44,167 bases of DNA from NCBI GenBank assembly GCA_049517415.1, contig JBEKSC010000025.1, positions 1 to 44,167 on the forward strand, in the 5' to 3' direction. The stretch comes from Candidatus Bathyarchaeia archaeon. GTDB taxonomy: Archaea > Thermoproteota > Bathyarchaeia > 40CM-2-53-6. The notes beneath the pieces are model-generated. The model was not told where the DNA came from and searched no databases. It saw only the letters and a list, made by a program, of their open reading frames with translations. Below are positions 9,591-18,826 of the stretch, in pieces. Positions within the stretch are counted from its first letter, which is position 1. Each line of letters starts with the position of its first letter. Made by a program: the position numbers and the translations under genes.

Positions 9591-10757
9591 CTAGGAAACA
9601 AACGGCCCTAAGCCTCTCGGTGCCCTACAGGTAATTACGTCCTTGATTCCCTGAGTTCCAAGAACTTGCAGTAACATGTGAAAGACTAGGTCGTTTCCCA
9701 TAAAGTGGTCCGCGAGTCTTCTCAATTTGGTTGAGACGACCATTTCCTTGCCCAACGCTTGCTGCCACCTCTTTTCGTACTCGGAAAGTGGCACGCCTTT
9801 CTGAATGTGGTCGGCGGCAACTTGTCCAGCGATCTCGCCAGTAATCATCGCCGTTGAAATCCCCCCGCCATTCGTCGGCATTACCATCCCACCGGCATCG
9901 CCAACAGCCATCACATGTTCGGAACAAGTCCGCGGCAACGGCCCATCGACTGGAAGAACATCAGCGATCATAGGCCCCGATTTGCCACCTTCAAGTTTCA
10001 ATTTCGTCAAAGAACACTTGTCGAGGAAGAAGTGAAGGTAACTCCTGCCATCGTTCTTCTTTGAATACGAAGTCCTTATTCCGATCCCTACGTTCGCAGA
10101 ACGGTTGCCTTTAGGTATGATCCAACCATAGCCGCCTGGCGCAAACTCAGTTCCCATATACATCTCTGTCACGCTCTGGTCGACGGATAAATCGGTCATC
10201 AGGTATTCGTAATTGATCGCTACATTGTTAGGTGTCATGTAGTCGTCAGTGAAAATACCAGCCGATTTCGCGACTTTCGATGGGAACCCGTCCGCAGCAA
10301 TGACCACCTTTGCTTTGACGCCATCGCTCTTGTTCCTACCAACCGTCAGGTTGCCGTTTTCATAGTATAAGTCGACGGGTGTTTGTAGCTGAACGGTGCC
10401 CCCTAATTTCTCGACCTGTTTCGCCATGCTTTGTTCAAGTTTGGTTCTGTCGAGAATGTAAGCTTCAAAATCGAATTCGAACTCTTTTCCTTTGGGCGAT
10501 ATGACGCGAATAGTCTTGCAAGCATTGTCGACTGCCTCTTGGGGAACATCAAATACATGCATGTACTCACCAGCGCTCGGGAGCAAGTACGCCATCTCCT
10601 TTCGAACCGGGAAGTATTCACCGCACTTCACCGGTATCCCGATAACCGTCTTCTTGTCGAAGACGTGAACCGTTAGGCCTCTATTGAGAGCCTGCACTGC
10701 GGCATAGAGGCCCCCCGGTCCGGCCCCAGCTACAACGAGATCCACTGCCTTTGGCAA
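9591..10757 (-). CDS. Geranylgeranyl reductase family flavoprotein
   Basis: GAGPGG, PVKCGE, AADG, GYGWIIPKG, VGDAGG...PTNGGGI. Confidence 0.9.
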   Translation of the reverse strand: MPKAVDLVVAGAGPGGLYAAVQALNRGLTVHVFDKKTVIGIPVKCGEYFPVRKEMAYLLPSAGEYMHVFDVPQEAVDNACKTIRVISPKGKEFEFDFEAYILDRTKLEQSMAKQVEKLGGTVQLQTPVDLYYENGNLTVGRNKSDGVKAKVVIAADGFPSKVAKSAGIFTDDYMTPNNVAINYEYLMTDLSVDQSVTEMYMGTEFAPGGYGWIIPKGNRSANVGIGIRTSYSKKNDGRSYLHFFLDKCSLTKLKLEGGKSGPMIADVLPVDGPLPRTCSEHVMAVGDAGGMVMPTNGGGISTAMITGEIAGQVAADHIQKGVPLSEYEKRWQQALGKEMVVSTKLRRLADHFMGNDLVFHMLLQVLGTQGIKDVITCRAPRGLGPFVS

Positions 10758-10829
10758 GTTTTTCGCCGCATGAAGATTGCTTTCTTTGAACGGATAGAGC
10801 CGTGAATAAAATGGTTCGGTCTGTGTGTG

Positions 10830-12278
10830 TCAGGTAGGGGTGGGTAGAAGGTACTTTGCCACTTGGAACAGGTAGTTTAGAATGGGACCCGGGTACACGC
10901 CCACCGCGACGATGATTATGACACACACGACAAGCACAGCGACGAGCAAGGTTGGCTCTTTCAGCTTACTACTTGCAGTTGGTTCGTCGAAGTACATACG
11001 CTTCACCACCCAGCCATAATAGGCCATTGAGAATGCGCTATTCAGGACGCCGGCCAACGCTAGCCACCACAGCCCCCCGTCTACAGCAGCTGTGAACAGG
11101 ACGAGTTTACTCATGAAACCACTTAGGGGTGGAACGCCGGCTAGTGCAAATAGTGAAATCGTAAGCGTGAAGGCTGTGATCGGCATCCTTTTTCCTAAAC
11201 CGGAGTATGAATCGAGTGATGTAGTCGAGAGGCGGCTGTAGACCGAGGCCGCGGCAATGAATGCAGCCGTTTTCATTACGCCATGGTTCAAAATATGAAA
11301 CAACGCTCCCGCAATCCCGATCGGGTTGGGCGCGGCTAAGCCTATGAGTATGTAACCGGCCTGGGCAATGCTTGAGTACGCTAGCATTCTCGTGAAACTC
11401 TTCTGCATTAGGGCTGCGACGTTGCCGAGGGTCATTGTCAAGATCGCTATTATCGCGAAGGTGCCTGACCAATCCAATCGCAGCACAAATAATGCAACTG
11501 TGAAAACCCTGATGAGAGCTGCGAAACCGCCGTTCTTCGTTCCCGCGGCAAGGAATGCACCGACAGTAATCGGTGCTCCCTCGTAAGCGTCAGGAATCCA
11601 CATATGGAAGGGCACAGCTGCGACCTTCATACCAAATCCTGCCACGAACAAGACCATCGCGAGAAGCGCTAGGGGGTCAAGTTTCGGAAGGGCGGTCCCC
11701 ATACCCTGTGCAACAAGGTAAAGGTTCGTTGTGCCGGTTATACCAAAGGTTAAGGAAATCGCGTATACGATTAGCGCTGATGATAATGCGCTGAGTATGA
11801 AGAATTTCAGGGCGGCTTCGTTCGAAATCGGGTCATCTTTCTGGATTCCAGTTAGCACGTAACTTGGGATGTTCATTAACTCCCAAGCAAGAAACAAGGC
11901 GATCAGATCAACCGAGAGGGAGACCAAAATCATGCCAAAGGTGGCGAGTAAGAGCAGCGCAAAGTACGTGTCGAGGTTCTTGTTGCCACGCATATAGTAG
12001 ATCGAGGCGACCCCAATGAGCAACGTGATGCCCACAAAGATAGCAGAGAAGTAAACAGAAAAACCGTCTATGGAGAGAACGTTAAGAATTAACTGAGCTT
12101 GTGGGAAGCCTTGTGTAAGCATTACCGCTATTGCACCAAGGGTAAGGAGCAACCCCGCGACTGACCAGTAGGGAACAAGAGAGCGCACATGAATTTTGTC
12201 CGACAGCCCCCGGATTAGCGGGACAAGGATGCTGAAGAAAGGGAGTGTAAATAGCAAAAGGGTCGTCGTCAGCTGCAT
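10830..12278 (-). CDS. nuoN: Complex I subunit N
   Basis: AWELM, EAALKFF, GMKVAAVPFHMWIPDAYEGAP, RMLAYSSIAQAGY, GFMSK. Confidence 0.95.
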   Translation of the reverse strand: MQLTTTLLLFTLPFFSILVPLIRGLSDKIHVRSLVPYWSVAGLLLTLGAIAVMLTQGFPQAQLILNVLSIDGFSVYFSAIFVGITLLIGVASIYYMRGNKNLDTYFALLLLATFGMILVSLSVDLIALFLAWELMNIPSYVLTGIQKDDPISNEAALKFFILSALSSALIVYAISLTFGITGTTNLYLVAQGMGTALPKLDPLALLAMVLFVAGFGMKVAAVPFHMWIPDAYEGAPITVGAFLAAGTKNGGFAALIRVFTVALFVLRLDWSGTFAIIAILTMTLGNVAALMQKSFTRMLAYSSIAQAGYILIGLAAPNPIGIAGALFHILNHGVMKTAAFIAAASVYSRLSTTSLDSYSGLGKRMPITAFTLTISLFALAGVPPLSGFMSKLVLFTAAVDGGLWWLALAGVLNSAFSMAYYGWVVKRMYFDEPTASSKLKEPTLLVAVLVVCVIIIVAVGVYPGPILNYLFQVAKYLLPTPT

Positions 12279-12322
12279 CAGCTTCGCCTTTCCAAGAACG
12301 CCCTAGGTGAATTTCCTTCACG

Positions 12323-12336
12323 TAAATAACGTTTCG
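12323..12336 (-). promoter_or_regulatory. BRE/TATA-like promoter of the detached nuoN
   Basis: Minus strand CGAAACGTTATTTA, ~45 nt upstream of the nuoN ATG. Confidence 0.5.
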
Positions 12337-12408
12337 CAGTGAGATAGCAAACGTTTTTCTTATTGGCTCGGTGTTTCATGGCGACTTCCAGAAACGCGTG
12401 AATAATTG

Positions 12409-12726
12409 ATGTCAGGAATCGAGACGATCAAAATAATAGTTGACGCCGAGAAAGAAGCGGCGGAAATGCTACAGAAAGCCCATACGAAGGCGACGGAGAT
12501 ACGCAAAGAGCTGGATATGCGTATCAAGCTGGAGAGGGAGGAGATTTTGAAGTCAGCTAGGAAGGAGGCTGCAGCCATTATTGAGCATGCACAGCAGGAT
12601 GGGAAACTTGAGGCGGCGGTTTATGAAAAAGAAGCTGGACAGAAAACAAGGCAGATCGTTTCGAAAGCTTCGGCGAAGAAAAGCCCAGCCGTCGACAAAC
12701 TCGTTACTTTAGTTTTGGAGGGTTAG
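12409..12726 (+). CDS. atpH: A/V-type ATP synthase peripheral stalk subunit H (G)
   Basis: ETIKIIVDAEKEAAEMLQKA coiled-coil pattern, ~105 aa, first gene of the atp cassette. Confidence 0.75.
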   Translation: MSGIETIKIIVDAEKEAAEMLQKAHTKATEIRKELDMRIKLEREEILKSARKEAAAIIEHAQQDGKLEAAVYEKEAGQKTRQIVSKASAKKSPAVDKLVTLVLEG

Positions 12727-12730
12727 ACAC

Positions 12731-13348
12731 GTGTCCGAGACCAGCAAGTTCACCGAGGATATTCTAACAGCCGCCAAGGAAAGGTCAGAGCGCGTAGTCA
12801 GGGAAGCAGAGACCGAGACGCAGCATGCCTTCGAGGAAGCCAAGTCCCACATGTCGAGGGAAGCTGACGACATAATTCATAATGCGCAAGCGGAGGCGGA
12901 GGCGGTCAGACGGCGCGAGATGAGTGAAGTCCGGCATCGATTAAAACTTGAGGAGCAAGTGGAAAAAAGTAAGGTATTGTCAGAGGTCCTAGAGTCGACA
13001 AGGAAACGCGTTACTGAGATTGTGAACGATGAGGGCAGGTACTTGCCTTACTTAGCAGGTTACGTTGAAATCGGGATTCGTGAACTCGGCCTTGAGAACG
13101 TCACCGTTCACCTGAATGCCGTTGACCTGAAGCGAATTGATGCTGGCAAGCTTGAACGTGAGATCGCGAAACGGATGCAAAAGCCAGTCGCAATTGAATG
13201 GTCAAAAGAGCCAATTGAAGCCCTGGGCGGTGCGATCATTTCCAGCAACGACGGTAAAACGCGAATAGTAAACACTTTTGACGAACGCTTTGAGGCTTTG
13301 GAGTCGAAGCTCCTTATGGAAGCAGGAAAGCTACTCTTCGGGGAATGA
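12731..13348 (+). CDS. atpE: A/V-type ATP synthase subunit E
   Basis: N-terminal coiled coil; C-terminal LGGAIISSNDGKTRIVNTFDERF. Confidence 0.9.
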   Translation: MSETSKFTEDILTAAKERSERVVREAETETQHAFEEAKSHMSREADDIIHNAQAEAEAVRRREMSEVRHRLKLEEQVEKSKVLSEVLESTRKRVTEIVNDEGRYLPYLAGYVEIGIRELGLENVTVHLNAVDLKRIDAGKLEREIAKRMQKPVAIEWSKEPIEALGGAIISSNDGKTRIVNTFDERFEALESKLLMEAGKLLFGE

Positions 13349-13375
13349 GCGCGCCCCAGCGAGCTAAAAGTAGAC

Positions 13376-14401
13376 ATGACAGGAGCTGGAAGGTACGCCG
13401 AGTTAGCGGCCGCCGTCCGTTCCTTCAAAGCTGAACTCATACGTCCAAGCCAAATCGATCGGCTTATGGAAACTGGGTCTCTTTCCGAAACCGTTAACAT
13501 ACTTACCCACGGGAATGTGACGAGTGCCCATAGCTCAGACCTAACCCCAATAGAGTCTTACCTAATTCAGAACATCATCGAAATCACCCATAGGTTGACG
13601 GCGTATGCCCCTCACGACTCACGCGGCCTAATCAAATTGTTCGCGGCTTCACATGAATTAACTTGCGTCAAGGACATACTCAAGTCGATTGCTGATCAAA
13701 TTGACCCTGAAGAGGCAATTCGGCATATTGTGCCCGCGGGCAAGTTCACACTTGATAAGTGCAAAGAACTCCTCGAATCACATAACCCAAACAGGGTCAT
13801 CGAAACTCTGGATGACGAAGGCCTCAAACGCTTCCTAATCCCAAAGCTAACAGGCGAAAGGGGAGGAATGCTCGCCGTAGCAACAGTGGACCAATATTAC
13901 TACAGCAGGTTGTGGGCAGCATCAAATCTACCCGACCCATTGGACGCCCAATCTGCGAGAGGATTGGTGGGAGAAGCCATTGATCATCTAAACATCCTCC
14001 TGTCCTTTCGCGCTCGATTGATAGGTCTCGATGCGAGATCCACTTCAGATATGATGATACCTGTGAACTACGCACTTGGCCATGCATACGCCGAACTTAG
14101 CGAAGCCACGAATGCACAGAACCTGATCCGGGTGCTTGACAAGACGCCATACGCCCATTCCGCACAGGGGCTGGGGATCACGGAAGGTGCTGCTGTGGGC
14201 GTTGAACGCGCACTGAATCGAAGCCATGCAAATACCTGCCTAAACGCTTTCGCCGGGTCTCCTTTCAACGTTGGACTAGCATTGGCCTTTCTCTTTCTCA
14301 AAAATTACGAGCTGCATGACTTCTTTAGCATAATAAACGCCAAAGCAAACAATGTCCCCGCGGACCGAGTGTTGGAATCGTTGATTCTACGTACTGGTTG
14401 A
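13376..14401 (+). CDS. atpC: A/V-type ATP synthase subunit C (AC39/d)
   Basis: RYAELAAAVRSFKAELI, DHLNI, TPY, LAFLFLKNYE patterns; 341 aa; operon context. Confidence 0.85.
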   Translation: MTGAGRYAELAAAVRSFKAELIRPSQIDRLMETGSLSETVNILTHGNVTSAHSSDLTPIESYLIQNIIEITHRLTAYAPHDSRGLIKLFAASHELTCVKDILKSIADQIDPEEAIRHIVPAGKFTLDKCKELLESHNPNRVIETLDDEGLKRFLIPKLTGERGGMLAVATVDQYYYSRLWAASNLPDPLDAQSARGLVGEAIDHLNILLSFRARLIGLDARSTSDMMIPVNYALGHAYAELSEATNAQNLIRVLDKTPYAHSAQGLGITEGAAVGVERALNRSHANTCLNAFAGSPFNVGLALAFLFLKNYELHDFFSIINAKANNVPADRVLESLILRTG

Positions 14402-14463
14402 GTTAAGCAAAGGATTATAATGCGATGCAAGTTCTTACCGGAATCGATAGGTGCTGAGCAGTA

Positions 14464-14802
14464 GTGAAGCCCAAACGCCAACTAATTTTGAGCTTCCTGT
14501 TGATGCTAGTGGGCGTAATTGCGATCTCCGCGATGGTAGTCGTAGCCTTCTCCCAAAGCCCCGTACAGCCTGACCAAGCACTCACGAGCGAGAACGGACT
14601 ATTCATAGTCGGCGCGGGGATTGCTGCTGGCTTAGCATCCTGCGGTGCAGGAATAGGCCTAGGTACCGCAAGCGCAGCAGCTATCGGCGCTATCGCAGAG
14701 AAACCGGAAATGCTCGGCAGAACATTATTGTTCGTCGTCTTGATTGAAGCAATCGCGATATACGGTCTCGCGATGTTCTTCATCATCTATTCGAGGATCT
14801 AG
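14464..14802 (+). CDS. atpK: A-type ATP synthase proteolipid subunit K (c), single hairpin with N-terminal signal-like extension
   Basis: GAGIGLG, EKPE loop, IEAIAIYG with the ion-binding Glu. Confidence 0.93.
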   Translation: MKPKRQLILSFLLMLVGVIAISAMVVVAFSQSPVQPDQALTSENGLFIVGAGIAAGLASCGAGIGLGTASAAAIGAIAEKPEMLGRTLLFVVLIEAIAIYGLAMFFIIYSRI

Positions 14803-14813
14803 GCCTCGACGCT

Positions 14814-15272
14814 ATGAAGGGCGTCACGGAATTCAAGAACGCGCTGGAAAGTAAATCTCTTACAGCCTTAACAAAGTCTCTAAGCGAAATTGCAGACCAA
14901 CTGGCCTACCAGCTAAAGCCACCTTACACTGAAATCCTTGATTTCAGAGCGAGGGAACAGTCCGGTCGTTTCAGCGTCCACTTCAGTGCGAAACTGTATC
15001 TCCATTACTCCAGCCTCGCAAGCCAGGTGGAGGGTCTCCTTTTCATAATCCGGTTCGGTGGAGACGCCCTATCAGATACACCCACCCCGCCATCCGACGA
15101 ACTCTTCTACGCTGGAGTGGTGGAATCATTGAGAGTTCACGCATACGGTTCCAAGTGGCTTGGCCCGACGATAACTGTGAGCGAGGAAGTTATCAAGAAC
15201 CTGGAAGTTCCGTCAAAAGCGCTCACCGATATCGACGTTAACCGTTTCGTTCAACAATTGCAAAGAATGTAG
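14814..15272 (+). CDS. Hypothetical soluble protein, last gene of the atp cassette
   Basis: 152-aa ORF starting 11 nt after atpK and filling the space up to the convergent nuoM stop; no motif recognised. Confidence 0.65.
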   Translation: MKGVTEFKNALESKSLTALTKSLSEIADQLAYQLKPPYTEILDFRAREQSGRFSVHFSAKLYLHYSSLASQVEGLLFIIRFGGDALSDTPTPPSDELFYAGVVESLRVHAYGSKWLGPTITVSEEVIKNLEVPSKALTDIDVNRFVQQLQRM

Positions 15273-15273
15273 C

Positions 15274-16716
15274 TTAGTGCGGTATAGACTGGATGGCGGG
15301 AAGAATTACGTTAAGCAGCAGTGCCGGATAGAGTCCAAGAACTATCAAGGGAACGAGAAATGCGGCCAGGGTTATCAGAGTATAGTACGGAGCCTCCCTA
15401 GATCCAATAGGCTTGGCTTGCGGCGCAAACAGAACCCGCCGTAGCATCCACACAAAGTAACCTGCGGTAATTCCTGGAACAAGCACTGCTATCGCGTAAA
15501 AGGCGTTAACGGAAATGCCAGCCAAGATTATTGTGTATTCACTGATGAAGTTGCTAAAGAACGGAAAGCCCATAGCACATAGGGAAGCGAGTACAAGGAG
15601 AAAACTCGTCTTCGGCATGGCGCTTCCTAGGCCACCCAATTCTTTGATTGTACGTGTTCCCATGTGTTCGTGAATTACTCCTGACATCAGGAATAATGCC
15701 CCGATCGCCAAGGCATGGTTGAACATCTGGAAGACAGCGCCGCTGATTCCCGGCGTGGTCAGCGTGAAAGCTCCGAGGAGAATGTAGCCCATGTGGTTTA
15801 TGCTCGTGAAAGCGACCATTCGCTTGAAGTCCTGCTGAACCAGCGCTACGATAGCCCCATAGAACATCGTGAGGAGTCCGAAACCAATGAAGACTGGAGC
15901 GAGGAACTTGGAGGCTTCGGGCATAAGGAAGAGGTTCATCCGGATGAAACCATACGCGCCCATTTTCAGGAGCAAACCTGCGAGTAGGACACTAATTGGG
16001 GCAGGGGCCTCAACGTGGGCGTCAGGTAACCAAGTGTGAAACGGAACTATCGGAAGCTTGACACCGAACCCAATGAAAAAGCCAAGCGAAATCAGGATCT
16101 GTAGAGCTAGAGGAAGATGCAGATTCATCAGATCCATGAAGTTGAAAGTGTGGGGGGTTGAAACAACATAGAGTGCTATGAAGCTCAGGAGTAGCAAAAT
16201 GCTTCCCACATGTGTCATTATGAGGAATTTCATTGCGGCATACTTCTTGCGTGGCCCGCCCCACACGCCGATGAAGAAGAACATCGGGATTAGGACAAGT
16301 TCCCAGAATACGTAAAAGGCGACAAGGTTCAGGGACGTAAACACCCCGATTATTGCGCCTTCAAAGAGGAGGAGTAATGCGTTGTACTCTTTCACCTTTG
16401 AAGTGATCTGCTCCCACGACCCAGCAGCGGACAAGGTCGTCAGGAGAGTTGAGATTATCAAGAGGGGTAGACTGATGCCGTCTATTCCCACAACGTACGT
16501 CAGGCCGAAACTCGGCGCCCAATCGTAGGTTTCAACAAGTTGGAATCCTGGCTTGCTCCAATCGAATGTTATGAAGATGAATAGCACCAATGCAATGGTA
16601 GCAGCGGAAATCAGAATCGTCAGGACTTTGGAGACTTTATCCCCCATATATCCAGCTAGATATACGACAATTGCGCCGATGAAGGGCATGAAGATTAGTA
16701 GAGAGAGTAAGTACAA
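15274..16716 (-). CDS. nuoM: Complex I subunit M, second copy (canonical motifs)
   Basis: GIDGIS, FYVFWELVLIP, VKLPIVPFHTWLPDAHVEAP, LLLKMGAYG, FISEY. Confidence 0.95.
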   Translation of the reverse strand: MYLLSLLIFMPFIGAIVVYLAGYMGDKVSKVLTILISAATIALVLFIFITFDWSKPGFQLVETYDWAPSFGLTYVVGIDGISLPLLIISTLLTTLSAAGSWEQITSKVKEYNALLLLFEGAIIGVFTSLNLVAFYVFWELVLIPMFFFIGVWGGPRKKYAAMKFLIMTHVGSILLLLSFIALYVVSTPHTFNFMDLMNLHLPLALQILISLGFFIGFGVKLPIVPFHTWLPDAHVEAPAPISVLLAGLLLKMGAYGFIRMNLFLMPEASKFLAPVFIGFGLLTMFYGAIVALVQQDFKRMVAFTSINHMGYILLGAFTLTTPGISGAVFQMFNHALAIGALFLMSGVIHEHMGTRTIKELGGLGSAMPKTSFLLVLASLCAMGFPFFSNFISEYTIILAGISVNAFYAIAVLVPGITAGYFVWMLRRVLFAPQAKPIGSREAPYYTLITLAAFLVPLIVLGLYPALLLNVILPAIQSIPH

Positions 16717-16726
16717 GCTTTCGCCC

Positions 16727-18823
16727 TCATGTTAAGAAGAACAGGATCGCCACAACTAACGCGAATAATCCGAGGGCGAAGACTGCTACATACTCTTGCG
16801 GTATTCCGGTTTGGAGTCTTCTCAGCGCGGAGGAGAACTTTCGGCCCGTCAAAGCAATTCCGTTGATATAACCGTCAATGAAACCTAGGTCAATTCCCTG
16901 TCCGCCTCTGGATACGTCGATGGAAGCCAGGGCCACAGCGCCGCTGATCTTGTCGAAGAACCCGGTCTCAATCGTATTCTTCACGGCTGTTGCAACTGAG
17001 ATGGTTCCGTAAACGAACACGCGGTAGTATAACGGATTGATGTACCAACGGTTCCAGAGGAAGTTATAGATCGTGCGCCCGAAACCCGTCTCACCCACAA
17101 TCGCTGAGGGCTTCAGCCGGCCTGAAATATAGATTAGGTAACCAAACGTCCCACCTATGGCGAGCATGATTAGGGATCCGATGGTTGCTGTTATTGCGGC
17201 GGTCTGTTCAACAGCAGGGTTAAGCGGAGGGCCCGGAGCCGCCAAGGGAGTCGTCGTTAGGGCTAGGGCGTGGGTAAATGCGGATTCCACGAAAGGCCCA
17301 GCCAAACCGATAGCAACAGTTGCAAGCGCTAGAATTAGGTATGGGACCCACATTAACTTCGGCGCCTCATGAATCTGATGCCCCTCTTCCTCCAGCTTTT
17401 TGACATTCTCACTCTTTGGCGCCATGAAGACTAACCCGATTACTTTCAGGCTATACAGGAAAGTTAGCGCTACGGTACCCCACGCCAGTAGCATTAGCGG
17501 TATTTGCCCGGTCAAGACGGTTACTGCGATTACTGCGTCTTTGCTCCAGAATCCGCTCAGCGGGGGCACTCCCGAAAGTGCAAGCAAGGCAATTACCATT
17601 GAAGCAAAGGTGATTTTCATCGATTTGCGTAGCCCGCCCATATCATACATGTACCTTGATTCCACGGCGTGAAGTATTGCTCCCGCTGCCAGAAATGCGG
17701 CGGCTTTGAAGAGCGCGTGGGTCATAAGATGGAAGACTCCAGCGGTTAGCCCTGTAACAAATTCTGATGCCAGGCCCCCCGCCCCAATCCCTAGCATCAT
17801 GTAGCCAATTTGGGAGATTGTGGAGTATGCGAGGAGCTTCTTCAATTCCTTTGATACCACTGCTTGAGTTGCCGCCATGAAACATGTGAAGGCGCCAACC
17901 CAGGCAACTGCCTCAAAGAAGAACGTGGGCTGACCGTATTGCAAAACTGAGTTATAGAACATTGGACCCGCCCTTCCAGCCAAATAAACACCCGCCGTGA
18001 CCATGGTTGCCGCATGAATGAGTGCCGAAACCGAGGTCGGGCCTGCCATCGCGTCCGGAAGCCATTCATGAAGAGGGAACTGCGCCGACTTACCGATTGG
18101 CCCCCAGAAGAAGAGCAGGGCCACGGGAATCAGCAAGCCTACTCGGCTTAGTGGTAGAGCCCAAGAGACATTCTGGGATAGGGCGACGAAGTTCAAAGTG
18201 CCCGAGTAGCTATAGATCATGAAAATTGCAATCAGAAGGCCGATGTCCCCGATTCTTGTTACAATAAGAGCCTTCATCCCTGCATGGCTTGGTGAGTAGG
18301 CCATCGGTACCTTCAGCGATTTGTCCCCTATGGTTCCCACCCATTTGTCAAGTGGGTCCTTGTACCAGTGTCCTATGAGGGCGTACGAGCAGAGCCCTAC
18401 CCCTTCCCACCCGAAAAAGAGCTGAAGAAGGTTGTCGGACATTACGAGAAGTAACATGCTGCCTATGAAGAAGTTCATGAAGAACCAATATCGGGTCAAG
18501 CCGTCGTCGCCTTTCATGTAGGCGAGGCTGTAGACCATTATCAGAAAGCTAACCCACGCGACAACGTTCGCTATGATTATGCTAAGTGGATCAAGAAGGA
18601 CTCCTGCTTTGATGTTCAAGCTCGTTATCCAATTAATTTGAACATCTTGCACCGACCCAGACATGACTGAGGGAATCAAAAGTGCCGCCGAGATTGCCCC
18701 GAGCAATGCGAATGCGACTGAACTGAAGTCTCTGACCTTGGGGTGGATACGTGCCATTACTGGGGTTAGGAGCGCGCCAACGAATGGAAGTATCCAAGTC
18801 AGCCAACCAAAAATTTCGTACAC
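16727..18823 (-). CDS. nuoL: Complex I subunit L with extended lateral helix
   Basis: GWEGVGLCSY, GKSAQFPLHEWLPDAMAGPTSVSALIHAATMV, HALFKA, FWSKD, LQTG. Confidence 0.95.
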   Translation of the reverse strand: MYEIFGWLTWILPFVGALLTPVMARIHPKVRDFSSVAFALLGAISAALLIPSVMSGSVQDVQINWITSLNIKAGVLLDPLSIIIANVVAWVSFLIMVYSLAYMKGDDGLTRYWFFMNFFIGSMLLLVMSDNLLQLFFGWEGVGLCSYALIGHWYKDPLDKWVGTIGDKSLKVPMAYSPSHAGMKALIVTRIGDIGLLIAIFMIYSYSGTLNFVALSQNVSWALPLSRVGLLIPVALLFFWGPIGKSAQFPLHEWLPDAMAGPTSVSALIHAATMVTAGVYLAGRAGPMFYNSVLQYGQPTFFFEAVAWVGAFTCFMAATQAVVSKELKKLLAYSTISQIGYMMLGIGAGGLASEFVTGLTAGVFHLMTHALFKAAAFLAAGAILHAVESRYMYDMGGLRKSMKITFASMVIALLALSGVPPLSGFWSKDAVIAVTVLTGQIPLMLLAWGTVALTFLYSLKVIGLVFMAPKSENVKKLEEEGHQIHEAPKLMWVPYLILALATVAIGLAGPFVESAFTHALALTTTPLAAPGPPLNPAVEQTAAITATIGSLIMLAIGGTFGYLIYISGRLKPSAIVGETGFGRTIYNFLWNRWYINPLYYRVFVYGTISVATAVKNTIETGFFDKISGAVALASIDVSRGGQGIDLGFIDGYINGIALTGRKFSSALRRLQTGIPQEYVAVFALGLFALVVAILFFLT

Positions 18824-18826
18824 GTT

